Assembly (NCBI RefSeq): GCF_018977255.1
Contig: NW_024704742.1
Span: 62,188,001 to 62,252,000 of the forward strand
Reading direction: 5' to 3'
DNA: 64,000 bases
DNA from: Callorhinchus milii
Lineage: Eukaryota
Each line of letters begins with the position of its first letter. Within the stretch, counting starts at the first letter, position 1. A model generated the notes under the pieces. The model saw nothing but the letters and a program-made list of their open reading frames with translations, searched no databases and was not told the origin of the DNA. Both the position numbers and the translations under genes were made by a program. This document shows positions 1-14,179 of this stretch, in pieces.

Positions 1-245
1 GTTTCGGCAGCCTGAGGGGTGAGGCAGTGGCGGAGTCTAGCAATGTTGCGGAGGTGGTGATAAGCAGTGCCGGTCATGGCGTGGATGTGGGGGAGAAAGG
101 ACAGTTCAGGGTCAAATAAGACACCCAGGTTCCTGACTGGCTTAGTGAGGTTGAGTGTGCAGCCGTGGAGGCTGATGCTGCCAGCGCCTGAGGTAAGCAC
201 TGGCGCGAGCCAATCAGGAGGACCTCGGTCTTGCTGACTGACTCA
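1..245 (-). mobile_element. L2 fragment running off the window edge
   Basis: KTEVLLIGSRQ motif; near-identical to 49470-49710. Confidence 0.85.
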
Positions 246-2149
246 GTCAACTTCAAATGTTTCACTCAGACAGTTAGATACAAATGCAAAGGCAGTAACT
301 TTTGTCTCAAACACATATAAATGCAAATTCAAATGCATTTGAACTTGTACCCAAATCTGGTACCAAGTTTACTCTTAAATACACTGTTGCTTTTTACGTC
401 AACCACAGCTTCCAGCAGTGAGTTCCAAACTCCCCCCACTCTCTGCATGAAGGATAGCACTTCTGAAAATGCAATGCCTGGCATCCAATTTCCACACAGC
501 AGTGTCACACAAACTGCTTCCCCTTGGCGATGGGCCTGTAAATGATGTAAATAAAATGAAAAAAATTGTTCACGCCCCTTCCAAAAAGAGTAACTTTTCC
601 TTCTCCCACTCATGGAGACTAGTGACTGGGTGGAGGAGCGAAGTGGCCACTGGGTGGAGGAGCCTGTGGACGACACATTCTGTCACAAAGTCCGAATGAC
701 TATTTTTAACAATACTGTGAAGAATGAATGATTCCTGGCCACTAGTTCACATGCCAACTGATATACAGCAATATAACAATTTATTTTCTTCATAATTTCT
801 CCCACACTCAATGACACCAACTGGCCAATTAACACACCTAAATATTTTCCTGCTTCACTTTATTAACAAAGTACTCCTCATTTCTCCAATTGCAGCAATT
901 GGAGACAGGGATTAGAAAGAATTGTTGTGTGGGTCCAAATCATTTTCCACAAATAAGGTGAAAGTTTGGACTAGTTCCCAGAATATTATTACTCTCACAA
1001 GGACAAGTTACATGATAATTTAACATAGCTTGTTGTTGCATATTTTAGATGTATCAGTATATTATCTCACCAAAGGCATATGCTAAAATGTGGAATGGGG
1101 AGAGTTCATGCCTTTGGGCAAATTTCACTCCCAAGAAATCTGAAATATTTTAATATAATACAATTTACCTTTGCATAGGTCTTTCATAACAGGAGGACGT
1201 CTCAAAGCATTTCTCACAGCTGCCTGAAGCCCCGAGCTGGGAGTGGGGGTAGGGGAGAGTTGAGGGGAGAGTGGGGGAAAAATGAACAAAAGTACGGTCA
1301 ATGAGGTAAGTCTTAACTCTACTATTACATTCTCTTCTTCATCAAAGCCTGGATGAGAACTAACTTCCTCCAGTTGAATTTCAGCAAGACGGAGACTTTC
1401 CCACTTGGCTCCCATCATCGCCTTCTTACATCAGCCCCTGACAGCATCAATCTACACGGATGCACACTCCACCTTATAGAGAGAGTGTGGAACCTTGGTG
1501 GTCTTGTTTAACTATTAACTGTCCTATGAACTTCACATCCATGCTCTGCCCCATTCAGCTTTCCGCCACATTGGCAACATTGCCCACGTCAACCACTGCC
1601 TCTCTCCTCAGACTACTGAGATCCTTATCTACACACTCATTACATCCAGGCTAGACTGCTCTATCTCTCTGCTTGCCGTACTTCCTAACTCTTTCCTCCA
1701 CAAGCTGAATACCATTCAGAACTCTGTCGCATGTGTCCTCTCTCTAACTAGACATTTTATGTGCTGCATCTTATGTGCTAATAATAACCCTTCCTGTTAT
1801 TCTTTATGTTGCCTGCCAGCTTATTTGTTTCCATGCTCTCTTAGACCTCTTGGTCATTTCAATCCGCGACTGTTTGTTGGACATTGCTGTGTGCAATTGG
1901 CTGCCGCATTTCGCCCACAAATATACAGTCAATTAACTTTACAGTCTATTCTGTGAAGCACTTTGAGACATCTAGAAGAAGTGAAAAGCACTACATGAAA
2001 TGCAAGGATTGTTATTATTAAAAAGCAATAGGATGAATAACCAATTAAACCATTGTCTGTTAAAACTGGATGAGGAAGGATTTTGGCCAAGACACAAGAC
2101 TGACTTTAAAGGGATTGATTCCACTGGTATTAAAGGACTTAAGATCATA

Positions 2150-3060
2150 AAAATGTAAGAAATGTGAGACGAAAAAAGACCAAGATCCATCTAGTTTGCC
2201 TTCCACCTTCCTGCTGGTCGCATGCACCTATGTCCCAAACTACCTATGTACTATATTCCATAATGTTATTTCATAAAAGAAAATTATTTAATCTGTGTTT
2301 GAAAGAATCAATACTTCCTTCTTTAACCGTCTCCCTAGGGAGCCTGTTCCACAGTCCATTATTCACTCACTGAAATAGTGTTTGCATAGATTCGTTCTGA
2401 ATTTATCCCCCTTCAATCGCAGGCCGTGTCCTCTGGTTCTACTATTCTGGGCAAGTTGAAACAGCCCGTCATGATCTATATGGTCTAACACTTTTAGACA
2501 GCAAACATGTCGCCTCTCAATCTTCTCCTTTCCAGGGTGAACATGCCCAATCTACTTAGTCGCTCCTCATAGTCCAGTCCTTCCATTCCCTCAATCACTT
2601 GGTTGCGCTTCTCTGTATCTTCTCAATTTCTCCAATATTCTTTTTGTACTGCGATGACCAGAACTGTACACAGTACTCTAAGTATGGTCTCACCAGCGAT
2701 TTATACAGTGACAAGAATACCCCATCACCAGCACCTTAGGACGTCCTCCCGATGTGAAAGGTGCTATATAAATGTAATTTTTATTGTTGTTGTACTTCGG
2801 TTTGCTATTGATCTTTTGATCCATCCCAACATCTGGTTTGCTTTACTCACTGCCACAGAGCATTGTTGGGAGAGCTTCAATTTATTGCCAGTCAAGGCCT
2901 TTTTATCTTCCATACATTTTATTTTCCTTCCATTCAAATAATAGTCCCTTCCAGGATTTTGTGTCCCCATGTGAAGTACTTTTCATTTCTCCACTATTGA
3001 ATTTCATCTGCCACCGATCTGCCACAGAACAGATGTATTGCCAGTTCCCTTGCTCTGCAT
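2150..3060 (-). mobile_element. CR1-type LINE 3' fragment with a short L2 3' end inserted at ~2727-2790
   Basis: Minus-strand translation gives QQCSVAVSKANQMLGWIKRSI and TRGHGLRLKGDKFRTN, typical CR1 ORF2 C-terminal motifs. Confidence 0.75.
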
Positions 3061-4739
3061 TACACCATACATTTGTTCCTGAAGGATAAAATAAAAATGA
3101 TAATCCTCACACTTTCATGCCAAGACAACATCTCAAAGTACTTCATAAGATTTATGATAAATTCTGCATTTTTGCCACTTCAAACCCACCTTTAAGTGTG
3201 TGATGTTATATTAGAACCATAGAATCAAGAACATTTACAGCACAGAAGGAGGCCATTTGGCCTATCATGCTTGTTCCATCTCGCTGAAAGAGTTATTCAT
3301 CTAGTCACTTTCTCCTGCCTTTTCCCTGTACATTCTTATATTTCTCTTTTTTCATATATTTATTATATTCACTCTTAAAAGCTTACCTAGATTCCGCCTC
3401 AACCACAGTTCAGAGTAAGGCAATTTAATGATCATAAGAACATAAGAGTTGCTAGACAAAAGAAGACCAAAGTTCATCCAGTTCGCCTTCCACCTTCCTG
3501 GCAGTCACAAGCACATGTCATGTCCCAAACTATATACTGTATCCCATAAGAACATAAGAATTGCCAGACGAAAAACCTCTGCAAAAAAAAGGTAATTATC
3601 TTAGCCCATCTCTCTCTATTTGCTCTTTTAGCAAATAACTTAAGGTCGTTTATGACAATTGGTTCTTCTGAGTTCTCCAATAAAAGCATAATTTCCTGAA
3701 CACGCCTTGATGATGGCAGTGTTTCTTTAAAATTCAGTAAGTCTGCAAGTGTGCTGTCCTCCTTACTTCTTTATCCACTACTGTTCGACACTCAGTGTAG
3801 GCAGGACGCCCAAAAGCATAGACATTCCTCGCTTTCTCATAAGAGATTTTGCTTTAACAATGTTCCCCTTGGAAAATGAAATCATAAATGATTTTGCCAA
3901 GTTGGCTGTTTAGATCTCTCTCCATATTTAAGTGTGCCGTTTATATAAGGCGTATTGGTTACCAGAGATTTAGCTGTATTACTGAAAACATGAAACAGAT
4001 GTGGCAAAAATGTAGTAGAACTAAGCTGTGTCTCTGCACAGAGGGTGGATGCTGTCATTAACACAACAGTGGAGGAGAAAATCACTCTGGTTCCATTGCC
4101 AGACTTCTGTACCGAGTTTCTTTGTGCAGTGAGCAGTCCACAATTCTGCTTAATATGTACTTCTTGTTGTTAAACGTCAAAGGAGGTTAAAACACACACA
4201 ATTTGCACACGATCTGTGATAAACAGTTTCAAACACATAGTATTTGACCAATAAACATGTCCCAATGAAAGAAATAAAGATAAAGACTGAAGCTGGAAAC
4301 GTGGGGAAAAAAAGACTCAAATCTTGCAAACGTGGTAAATCTATAATGTGGTCAGTCTGTACAATTCTGCTCTTCGACTCCCACTTGTAAAAAAAAATGT
4401 TTTAAAAAAGGAAAAGATGAAATAGATCTTCGTTTATTCGCTGTGTTTATTTGCTTCGCGTTTTGCAACCCAGCTTACACTTGATCCGGGGTGGAAGAGT
4501 ATTTATTTAGTTCATTTATTTTTTTAGTACAGCATTTCAGTGCAAAAAATAAGAGCTGAGAAATTCTGGAAATAAGGGCTTGCTGAGAGAGTGCGGTTTT
4601 TGCAAAAGCAGCTGATCTGGGGAGAAGGGTTGTTGCCTTCCAAGGTGCTATGATCTGCTTTTTTTTATTGCACACGTAGTTGTGCTGAAGGGAGTTAGTT
4701 ATTGCAATAGCAAGCTGAGAGGGGCTGACAGTTTTGGCT

Positions 4740-4894
4740 GGGCAATGGGAAACACAAAGCCGCATTTGTAGCCCTGTCTGCAAAACTCTGGTCTGAAAGA
4801 GAATTCAGCCACACTGCACACACCGAGCTCTGCACTGACACTGACACTGACACTGCACTGCACTGCCTGTGTGGAGGGTGGGGGAATAAAAAAG
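4740..4894 (+). other. Candidate non-coding first exon of SCRG1 (start approximate)
   Basis: Strong donor AAG|GTAAGA at 4895 in repeat-free unique sequence upstream of the minisatellite. The coding exon has an acceptor just before its ATG, so an upstream exon is expected. Inference only. Confidence 0.4.
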
Positions 4895-5639
4895 GTAAGA
4901 TTTTTTTTTGCTCTTCTTTTTTTTAACAAAAAAAGCATCTTCGACATCCTATTTTTTTTTTGCATGTGGATGCTTCAAGACCAGGGCTTCATTTAAGGCG
5001 TCTTCCAAAGAAATAATCAATAGCAACGCATCTAAAATGACAGCGTTCACCACAAAAGAAATCTGTCTGAGCCTCTCTGCAGTGGTGCAGTTAAAACATC
5101 TTCCACCAACGTTAAGAAATGCAATAACTTGGGACGAGTCAAAATGGTTATGTCAGCAATGCGTTATCCAACGCTGCTTTAGTGACCTGGATTTTTTTTT
5201 CTCTTTGTTCCATATGTGACTGGGTATTAAAGATTATTTTTGCACTCACAATCCTCCTCCCCTCCCCACTCACTCCCATGACAAGTCAAGATGCTATTTT
5301 CAAGATGATGCGAATAAATGTGCGAAATACTAGATTTATTTTTTTTAATTTGTATCCAGTAGCCACCGTTCCCACTGACTGAGGCTGAATGCATCTTTTC
5401 CATGGACCCACCAACCCTCCGTTTGCATTGTTTGAGGCTATTCGACATTGCAGATCTCCACAGAAATAATAATTCATATTTTTTTTCCGTATTGCAATCG
5501 GTGCACATTTCTCCCTTTATGGATCGTGGTATTGGGATAAAGATTAGCATTTGATTTACTGAAACCGTAATGAGAATGGATTGTTTTGAGGGGAGGGGGT
5601 GAGGGGGGGAAAGGAAATCAACTCGTCTTTGTGATAAAA

Positions 5640-8600
5640 TTGTGTGATGTGTCCCACAGAGTGTATGTGTGTGTGTGATGTGTCCCACAGAGTGTATGTG
5701 TGTGTGGTGTGTTCTCACAGTCTATATGTGTGTGTGGTGTGTGTCTCACACACTGTATGTGTGTGTGGTGTGTGTCCCACAGACTATATGTGTGTGTGGT
5801 TTGTGTCCCATAGACTGTATGTGAGTGTGGTTTGTGTCCCACAGACTGTATGTGTGTGTGTTGTGTCCCACAGACTGTATGTGTGTGTGTTGTGTCCCAC
5901 AGACTGTATGTGTGTGCGGTGTGTCTCACAGACTGCATATGTGTGTGGTGTGTCCCACAGACTGTATGTGTGTGTGGTGTGTTTCTCACAGACTGTATGT
6001 GTGTGTGGTGTGTTTCTCACAGACTGTATGTGTGTGTGGTGCGTCTCTCACAGACTGTATGTGTGTGTGGTGTGTCACACAAACTGTATATGTGTGGTGT
6101 GTTTCTCACAAACTGTACATGTGTGTGGTGTGTCCCATAGACTCTATGTGTGTGTGGTGTGTTCCGCAGTCTGTATATGTGTGTGGTGTGTCCCACAGAC
6201 TGTATGTGTGTGTGGTTTGTGTCCCACAGACTGTATGTGTGTGTGGTTTGTGTCCCACAGACTGTATATGTGTGGTGTGTTTCTCACAAACTGTATGTGT
6301 GTGTGTTGTGTTCCACAGAGTGTATGTGTGTGTGATGTGTCCCACAGAGTGTATGTGTGTGGTGTGTTCTCACAGTCTATATGTGTGTGTGGTGTGTGTC
6401 CCACAGACTGTATGTGTGTGTGGTTTGTGTCCCATAGACTGTATGTGTGTGTGGTTTGTGTCCCACAGACTGTATGTGTGTGTGTTGTGTCCCACAGACT
6501 GTATGTGTGTGCGGTGTGTCCCACAGACTGCATATGTGTGTGTGGTGTGTCCCACAGACTGTATGTGTGTGTGGTGTGTTTCTCACAGACTGTATGTGTG
6601 TGTGGTGTGTCTCTCACAGACTGTATTTGTGTGTGGTGTGTCACACAAACTGTATGTGTGGGGTGTGTTTCTCACAAACTGTACATGTGTGTGGTGTGTC
6701 CCACAGACTCTATGTGTGTGTGGTGTGTTCCGCAGTCTGTATATGTGTGTGGTGTGTCCCACAGACTCTATGTGTGTGGTGTGTTTCTCACAGACTGTAT
6801 GTGTGTGTGTGGTGTGCCCCACAGACTGTATGCGTGTGTGTTGTGTTCTCACAGACTATATGTGTGGTGTGTTTCTCACAGACTGTATGTGTGTGTGGTG
6901 TGCCTCACAGACTGTATGTGTGTGTGGTGAATCCCATAGACTGTACATGTGAGGTGTGTTTCTCACAGACTGTATGTGTGTGTGGTGTGTTTCACACAAA
7001 CTGTATATGTGTGCGGTGTGTCCCACAGATTGTATATGTGTGTGGTGTGTCCCACAGACTGTATGTGTGTGTGGTGTGTCCCACAGACTGTATATGTGTG
7101 TGGTGTGTCCCACAGACTGTATGTGTGTGTGGTGTATGTCTCACAGACTGTATGTGTGTGTGGTGTGTTTCTCACAGACTGTATGTGTGTGTGGTGTGTC
7201 CCACAGACTGTATGTGTGTGTGGTGTGTTTCTCACAAACTGTACATGTGTGTGGTGTGTCCCATAGACTCGATGTGTGTGGTGTGTTTCTCACAGACTGT
7301 ATGTCTGTGTGGTGTTTCTCACAGACTGTATGTGTGTGTGTTGTGTTCTCACAGACTGTATGTGTGTGTGGTGTGTGTCCCACAGACTGTATGTGTGTGT
7401 GGTGTGTCACACAAATTGTATGTGTGGGGTGTGTTTCTCACAGACTGTATGTGGGTGTGGTGTGTCCCACACACTGTATATGTTTGTGGTGTGTCCCACT
7501 GACTGTATGTGTGTGTGGTTTATTTCTCACAGACTGTATATGTTTGTGGTGTGTCCCACAGACTGTATGTGTGTGGTTTATTTCTCACAGACTGTATGTG
7601 TGTGTGGTGTGTGTCTCACAAACTGTATGTGTGTGGTGTGTGTCCCACAGAGTGTATGTGTCTGGTGTGTGTCCCACAGACTGTATGTGTGTGTGGTTTG
7701 TGTCCCATAGACTGTATGTGTGTGTGGTTTGTGTCCCACAGACTGTATGTGTGTGTGTTGTGTCCCACAGACTGTATGTGTGTGCGGTATGTCCCACAGA
7801 CTGCATATGTGTGTGGTGTGTCCCACAGACTGTATGTGTGTGTGGTGTGTTTCTCACAGACTGTATATGTGTGTGGTGTGTTCCGCAGTCTGTATATGTG
7901 TGTGGTGTGTTTCTCACAGACTGTATGTCTGTGTGGTGTTTCTCACAGACTGTATGTGTGTGTGTGGTGTGTTTCTCACAGACTGTATGTGTGTGTGGTG
8001 TGTCCCACAGACTGTATGTGTGTGTGGTGTGTTTCTCACAGACTGCATATGTGTGTGGTGTGTTCCGCAGTCTGTATATGTGTGTGGTGTGTTTCTCACA
8101 GACTGTATGTCTGTGTGGTGTTTCTCACAGACTGTATGTGTGTGTGGTGTGCCCCACAGACTGTATGTGTGTGTGTTGTGTTCTCACAAACTGTACATGT
8201 GTGTGGTGTGTCCATAGACTCTATGTGTGTGTGGTGTGTTCCGCAGTCTGTATATGTGTGTGGTGTGTCCCACAGACTGTATGTGTGTGGGGTGTGTTTC
8301 TCACAAACTGTACATGTGTGTGGTGTGTCCCACAGACTCTATGTGTGTGGTGTGTTTCTCACAGACTGTATGTGTGTGTGTGGTGTGTCCCACAGACTGT
8401 ATGTGTGTGTGGTTTATTTCTCACAGACTATATGTTTGTGGTGTGTCCCACAGACTGTATGTGTGTGTGGTTTATTTCTCACAGACTGTATGTGTGTGTG
8501 GTGTGTGTCTCACAAACTGTATGTGTGTGGTGGGTCCCACAGAGTGTATGTGTGTGGTGTGTGTCCCACAGACTCTATGTTTGTGTGGTTTATTTCTCAC

Positions 8601-11600
8601 AGACTGTATGTGTATGTGGTGTGTTTCTCACAGACTGTATGTGTGTGTGGTGTGTGTCTCACAGACTGTATGTGTGCGTGGTGTGTCCCACAGACTGTAT
8701 GTGTGTGTGGTTTGTGTCCCACAGACTGTATGTGTGTGTGGTTTGTGTCCCACAGACTGTATATGTGTGGTGTGTTTCTCACAAACTGTATGTGTGTGTG
8801 TTGTGTTCCACAGAGTGTATGTGTGTGTGATGTGTCCCACAGAGTGTATGTGTGTGGTGTGTTCTCACAGTCTATATGTGTGTGTGGTGTGTGTCCCACA
8901 GACTGTATGTGTGTGTGGTTTGTGTCCATAGACTGTATGTGTGTGTGGTTTGTGTCCCACAGACTGTATGTGTGTGTGTTGTGTCCCACAGACTGTATGT
9001 GTGTGCGGTGTGTCCCACAGACTGCATATGTGTGTGTGGTGTGTCCCACAGACTGTATGTGTGTGTGGTGTGTTTCTCACAGACTGTATGTGTGTGTGGT
9101 GTGTCTCTCACAGACTGTATTTGTGTGTGGTGTGTCACACAAACTGTATGTGTGGGGTGTGTTTCTCACAAACTGTACATGTGTGTGGTGTGTCCCACAG
9201 ACTCTATGTGTGTGTGGTGTGTTCCGCAGTCTGTATATGTGTGTGGTGTGTCCCACAGACTCTATGTGTGTGGTGTGTTTCTCACAGACTGTATGTGTGT
9301 GTGTGGTGTGCCCCACAGACTGTATGTGTGTGTGTTGTGTTCTCACAGACTGTATGTGTGGTGTGCCTCACAGACTGTATGTGTATGTGGTGTGTCCCAC
9401 AGACTCTATGTGTGTGTGGTGAATCCCATAGACTGTACATGTGAGGTGTGTTTCTCACAGACTGTATGTGTGTGTGGTGTGTTTCACACAAACTGTATAT
9501 GTGTGCGGTGTGTCCCACAGATTGTATATGTGTGTGGTGTGTCCCACAGACTGTATGTGTGTGTGGTGTGTCCCACAGACTGTATATGTGTGTGGTGTGT
9601 CCCACAGACTGTATGTGTGTGTGGTGTATGTCTCACAGACTGTATGTGTGTGTGGTGTGTTTCTCACAGACTGTATGTGTGTGTGGTGTGTCCCACAGAC
9701 TGTATGTGTGTGTGGTGTGTTTCTCACAAACTGTACATGTGTGTGGTGTGTCCCATAGACTCGATGTGTGTGGTGTGTTTCTCACAGACTGTATGTCTGT
9801 GTGGTGTTTCTCACAGACTGTATGTGTGTGTGTTGTGTTCTCACAGACTGTATGTGTGTGTGGTGTGTGTCCCACAGACTGTATGTGTGTGTGGTGTGTC
9901 ACACAAATTGTATGTGTGGGGTGTGTTTCTCACAGACTGTATGTGGGTGTGGTGTGTCCCACACACTGTATATGTTTGTGGTGTGTCCCACTGACTGTAT
10001 GTGTGTGTGGTTTATTTCTCACAGACTGTATATGTTTGTGGTGTGTCCCACAGACTGTATGTGTGTGGTTTATTTCTCACAGACTGTATGTGTGTGTGGT
10101 GTGTGTCTCACAAACTGTATGTGTGTGGTGTGTGTCCCACAGAGTGTATGTGTCTGGTGTGTGTCCCACAGACTGTATGTGTGTGTGGTTTGTGTCCCAT
10201 AGACTGTATGTGTGTGTGGTTTGTGTCCCACAGACTGTATGTGTGTGTGTTGTGTCCCACAGACTGTATGTGTGTGCGGTATGTCCCACAGACTGCATAT
10301 GTGTGTGGTGTGTCCCACAGACTGTATGTGTGTGTGGTGTGTTTCTCACAGACTGTATATGTGTGTGGTGTGTTCCGCAGTCTGTATATGTGTGTGGTGT
10401 GTTTCTCACAGACTGTATGTCTGTGTGGTGTTTCTCACAGACTGTATGTGTGTGTGTGGTGTGTTTCTCACAGACTGTATGTGTGTGTGGTGTGTCCCAC
10501 AGACTGTATGTGTGTGTGGTGTGTTTCTCACAGACTGCATATGTGTGTGGTGTGTTCCGCAGTCTGTATATGTGTGTGGTGTGTTTCTCACAGACTGTAT
10601 GTCTGTGTGGTGTTTCTCACAGACTGTATGTGTGTGTGGTGTGCCCCACAGACTGTATGTGTGTGTGTTGTGTTCTCACAAACTGTACATGTGTGTGGTG
10701 TGTCCCATAGACTCTATGTGTGTGTGGTGTGTTCCGCAGTCTGTATATGTGTGTGGTGTGTCCCACAGACTGTATGTGTGTGGGGTGTGTTTCTCACAAA
10801 CTGTACATGTGTGTGGTGTGTCCCACAGACTCTATGTGTGTGGTGTGTTTCTCACAGACTGTATGTGTGTGTGTGGTGTGTCCCACAGACTGTATGTGTG
10901 TGTGGTTTATTTCTCACAGACTATATGTTTGTGGTGTGTCCCACAGACTGTATGTGTGTGTGGTTTATTTCTCACAGACTGTATGTGTGTGTGGTGTGTG
11001 TCTCACAAACTGTATGTGTGTGGTGGGTCCCACAGAGTGTATGTGTGTGGTGTGTGTCCCACAGACTCTATGTTTGTGTGGTTTATTTCTCACAGACTGT
11101 ATGTGTATGTGGTGTGTTTCTCACAGACTGTATGTGTGTGTGGTGTGTGTCTCACAGACTGTATGTGTGCGTGGTGTGTCCCACAGACTGTATGTGTGTG
11201 TGATGTGTCCCAAAGACTATATGTGTGTGTGGTGTGTGTCTCACACAGTGTATATATGTGTGGTGTGTGTCTCACAGACTGTATGTGTATGTGGTGTGTT
11301 TCTCACAGACTGTATGTGTGTGTGGTGTGTGTCTCACAGACTGTATGTGTATGTGGTGTGTTTCTCACAGACTGTATGTGTGTGTGGTGTGTGTCCCACA
11401 GACTGTATGTGTGTGTGGTGTGTGTCTCACAGACTGTATGTGTGTGTGTGGTGAATCCCACAGACTGTATATGTGTGGTGTGTTTCTCACAAACTGTATG
11501 TGTGTGTGGTGTGTTTCCCACAGACTGTATGTGTGTGTGGTGTGTCACACAAATTGTATGTGTGGGGTGTGTTTCTCACAGACTGTATGTGGGTGTGGTG

Positions 11601-14175
11601 TGTCCCACACACTGTATATGTTCTTGGTGTGTCCCACTGACTGTATGTGTGTGTGGTTTATTTCTCACAGACTGTATATGTTTGTGGTGTGTCCCACAGA
11701 CTGTATGTGTGTGGTTTATTTCTCACAGACTGTATGTGTGTGTGGTGTGTGTCTCACAAACTGTATGTGTGTGGTGTGTGTCCCACAGAGTGTATGTGTG
11801 TGGTGTGTGTCCCACAGACTGTATGTGTGTGTGGTTTGTGTCCCATAGACTGTATGTGTGTGTGGTTTGTGTCCCACAGACTGTATGTGTGTGTGTTGTG
11901 TCCCACAGACTGTATGTGTGTGCGGTGTGTCCCACAGACTGCATATGTGTGTGGTGTGTCCCACAGACTGTATGTGTGTGTGGTGTGTTTCTCACAGACT
12001 GCATATGTGTGTGGTGTGTTCCGCAGTCTGTATATGTGTGTGTTGTGTTCTCACAGACTGTATGTCTGGTGTGTTTCTCACAGACTGTATGTGTGTGTGT
12101 GGTGTGCCCCACAGGCTGTATGTGTGTGTGTTGTGTTCTCACAAACTGTACATGTGTGTGGTGTGTCCCATAGACTCTATGTGTGTGTGGTGTGTTCCGC
12201 AGTCTGTATATGTGTGTGGTGTGTCCCACAGACTGTATGTGTGTGGGGTGTGTTTCTCACAAACTGTACATGTGTGTGGTGTGTCCCACAGACTCTATGT
12301 GTGTGGTGTGTTTCTCACAGACTGTATGTGTGTGTGTGGTGTGCCCCACAGACTGTATGTGTGTTTGGTGTGTTTCTCACAGACTGTATGTGTGTGTGGT
12401 GTGTCCCACAGACTGTATGTGTGTGTGGTTTATTTCTCACAGACTGTATGTGTGTGTGGTGTGTGTCTCACAAACTGTATGTGTGTGGTGGGTCCCACAG
12501 AGTGTATGTGTGTGGTGTGTGTCCCACAGACTCTATGTGTGTGTGGTTTATTTCTCACAGACTGTATGTGTATGTGGTGTGTTTCTCACAGACTGTATGT
12601 GTGTGTGGTGTGTGTCTCACAGACTGTATGCGTGCGTGGTGTGTCCCACAGACTGTATGTGTGTGTGATGTGTCCCAAAGACTATATGTGTGTGTGGTGT
12701 GTGTCTCACACAGTGTATATATGTGTGGTGTGTGTCTCACAGACTGTATGTGTATGTGGTGTGTTTCTCACAGACTGTATGTGTGTGTGGTGTGTGTCTC
12801 ACAGACTGTATGTGTATGTGGTGTGTTTCTCACAGACTGTATGTGTGTGTGGTGTGTGTCCCACAGACTGTATGTGTGTGTGGTGTGTGTCTCACAGACT
12901 GTATGTGTGTGTGGTGAATCCCACAGACTGTATATGTGTGGTGTGTTTCTCACAAACTGTATGTGTGTGTGGTGTGTTTCTCACAGACTGTATGTGTGTG
13001 TGGTGTGTTTCACACAAACTGTATATGTGTGCGGTGTGTCCCACAGACTGTATATGTGTGTGGTGTGTCCCACAGACTGTATGGGTGTGTGGTGTGTGTC
13101 TCACAGACTGTATGTGTGTGTGGTGTGTTTCTCACAGACTGTATGTGTGTGTGGTATGTTTCTCACAGACTGTATGTGTGTGTGGTGTGTCTCACAGAGT
13201 GTATGTGTGTGTGGTGTGTCCCACAGACTGTATTTGTGTGTGGTGTGTCCCTCAGACTGTATTTGTGTGTGGTGTGTCCCTCAGACTGTATGTGTGTGTG
13301 GTGTGTCACACAAATTGTATGTGTGGGGTGTGTTTCTCACAAACTGTATGTGTGTGCAGTATGTTTCTGACAGACTGTATGTGTGTGTGGTGTGTCCCAC
13401 AGACTGTATGTGTGTGTGGTGTGTTTCTCACAAACTGTACATGTGTGTGGTGTGTCCCATAGACTCGATGTGTGTGGTGTGTTTCTCACAGACTGTATGT
13501 CTGTGTGGTGTTTCTCACAGACTGTATGTGTGTGTGTGGTGTGCCACACAAATTGTATGTGTGGGGTGTGTTTCTCACAAACTGCATGTGTGTGTGGTGT
13601 GTCCGACAGACTGTATGTGTGTGTGGTGTATTTCTCACAGACTGTATGTGTGCGTGGTGTGTGTCTCACAGACTGTATGTGTGTGGTGTGTGTCCCGCAG
13701 ACTCTATGTGTGTCTGGTGTGTTCCACAGACTGTATATGTGTGTGGTGTGTCTGTGGGGCACACACACACATACAGTCTGTGAGAAACACACCACACACA
13801 CATACAGTCTGAGAGAACACACCACGCACACATACAGTCTGTGAGAAACAAACCAAACACATACAGTCTGTGGGACACACCACACCCACATCCAGTCTGT
13901 GAGTGTGGTGTGTCCCACAGACTGTATGTGTGTGTGGTGTGTTTCTCACAGACCCCATAGACTGTATGTGTGTATGGTGTGTTTCTCACAGACTGTATGT
14001 GTGTGTAGTGTGTCCCACAGACTGTATGTGTGTGTGGTGTGATTCTCACAGACTGTATGTGTGTGTTGTGTGTCCCACAAACTATATGTGTGTGTGGTGT
14101 GTCCCACGGACTGTATGTGTGTGTGTGGTGTTTTTCTCAGAGACTGTATGTGTGTTTGGTGTGTTCTCACAGACT
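5640..14175. repeat. TG-rich minisatellite, ~26-32 bp unit (consensus GGTGTGT[CC/TTCT]CACAGACTGTATGTGTGTGT), roughly 290 units, with higher-order duplications
   Basis: Directly visible tandem array; it produces the repetitive Cys/Val and His/Thr ORFs in the track. Identical ORFs recur at a 2492 bp offset (6956/9448, 7509/10001, 7720/10212). Confidence 0.98.
13751..13903 (-). repeat. Inverted block of ~5 minisatellite units
   Basis: Sequence switches to CACACATACAGTCTGTGAGAAACACACC, the reverse complement of the unit, then returns to forward orientation. Confidence 0.95.
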
Positions 14176-14179
14176 GAAG

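Noticed and set aside
5640..14175. CRISPR-like array
   Set aside because: No unique spacers and no cas genes; the context is eukaryotic and intronic.
14030..14179. 50-residue N-terminal extension of SCRG1 in the ORF track
   Set aside because: It is repeat-derived. The ATG at 14180 starts a signal peptide matching known SCRG1 and follows an acceptor.
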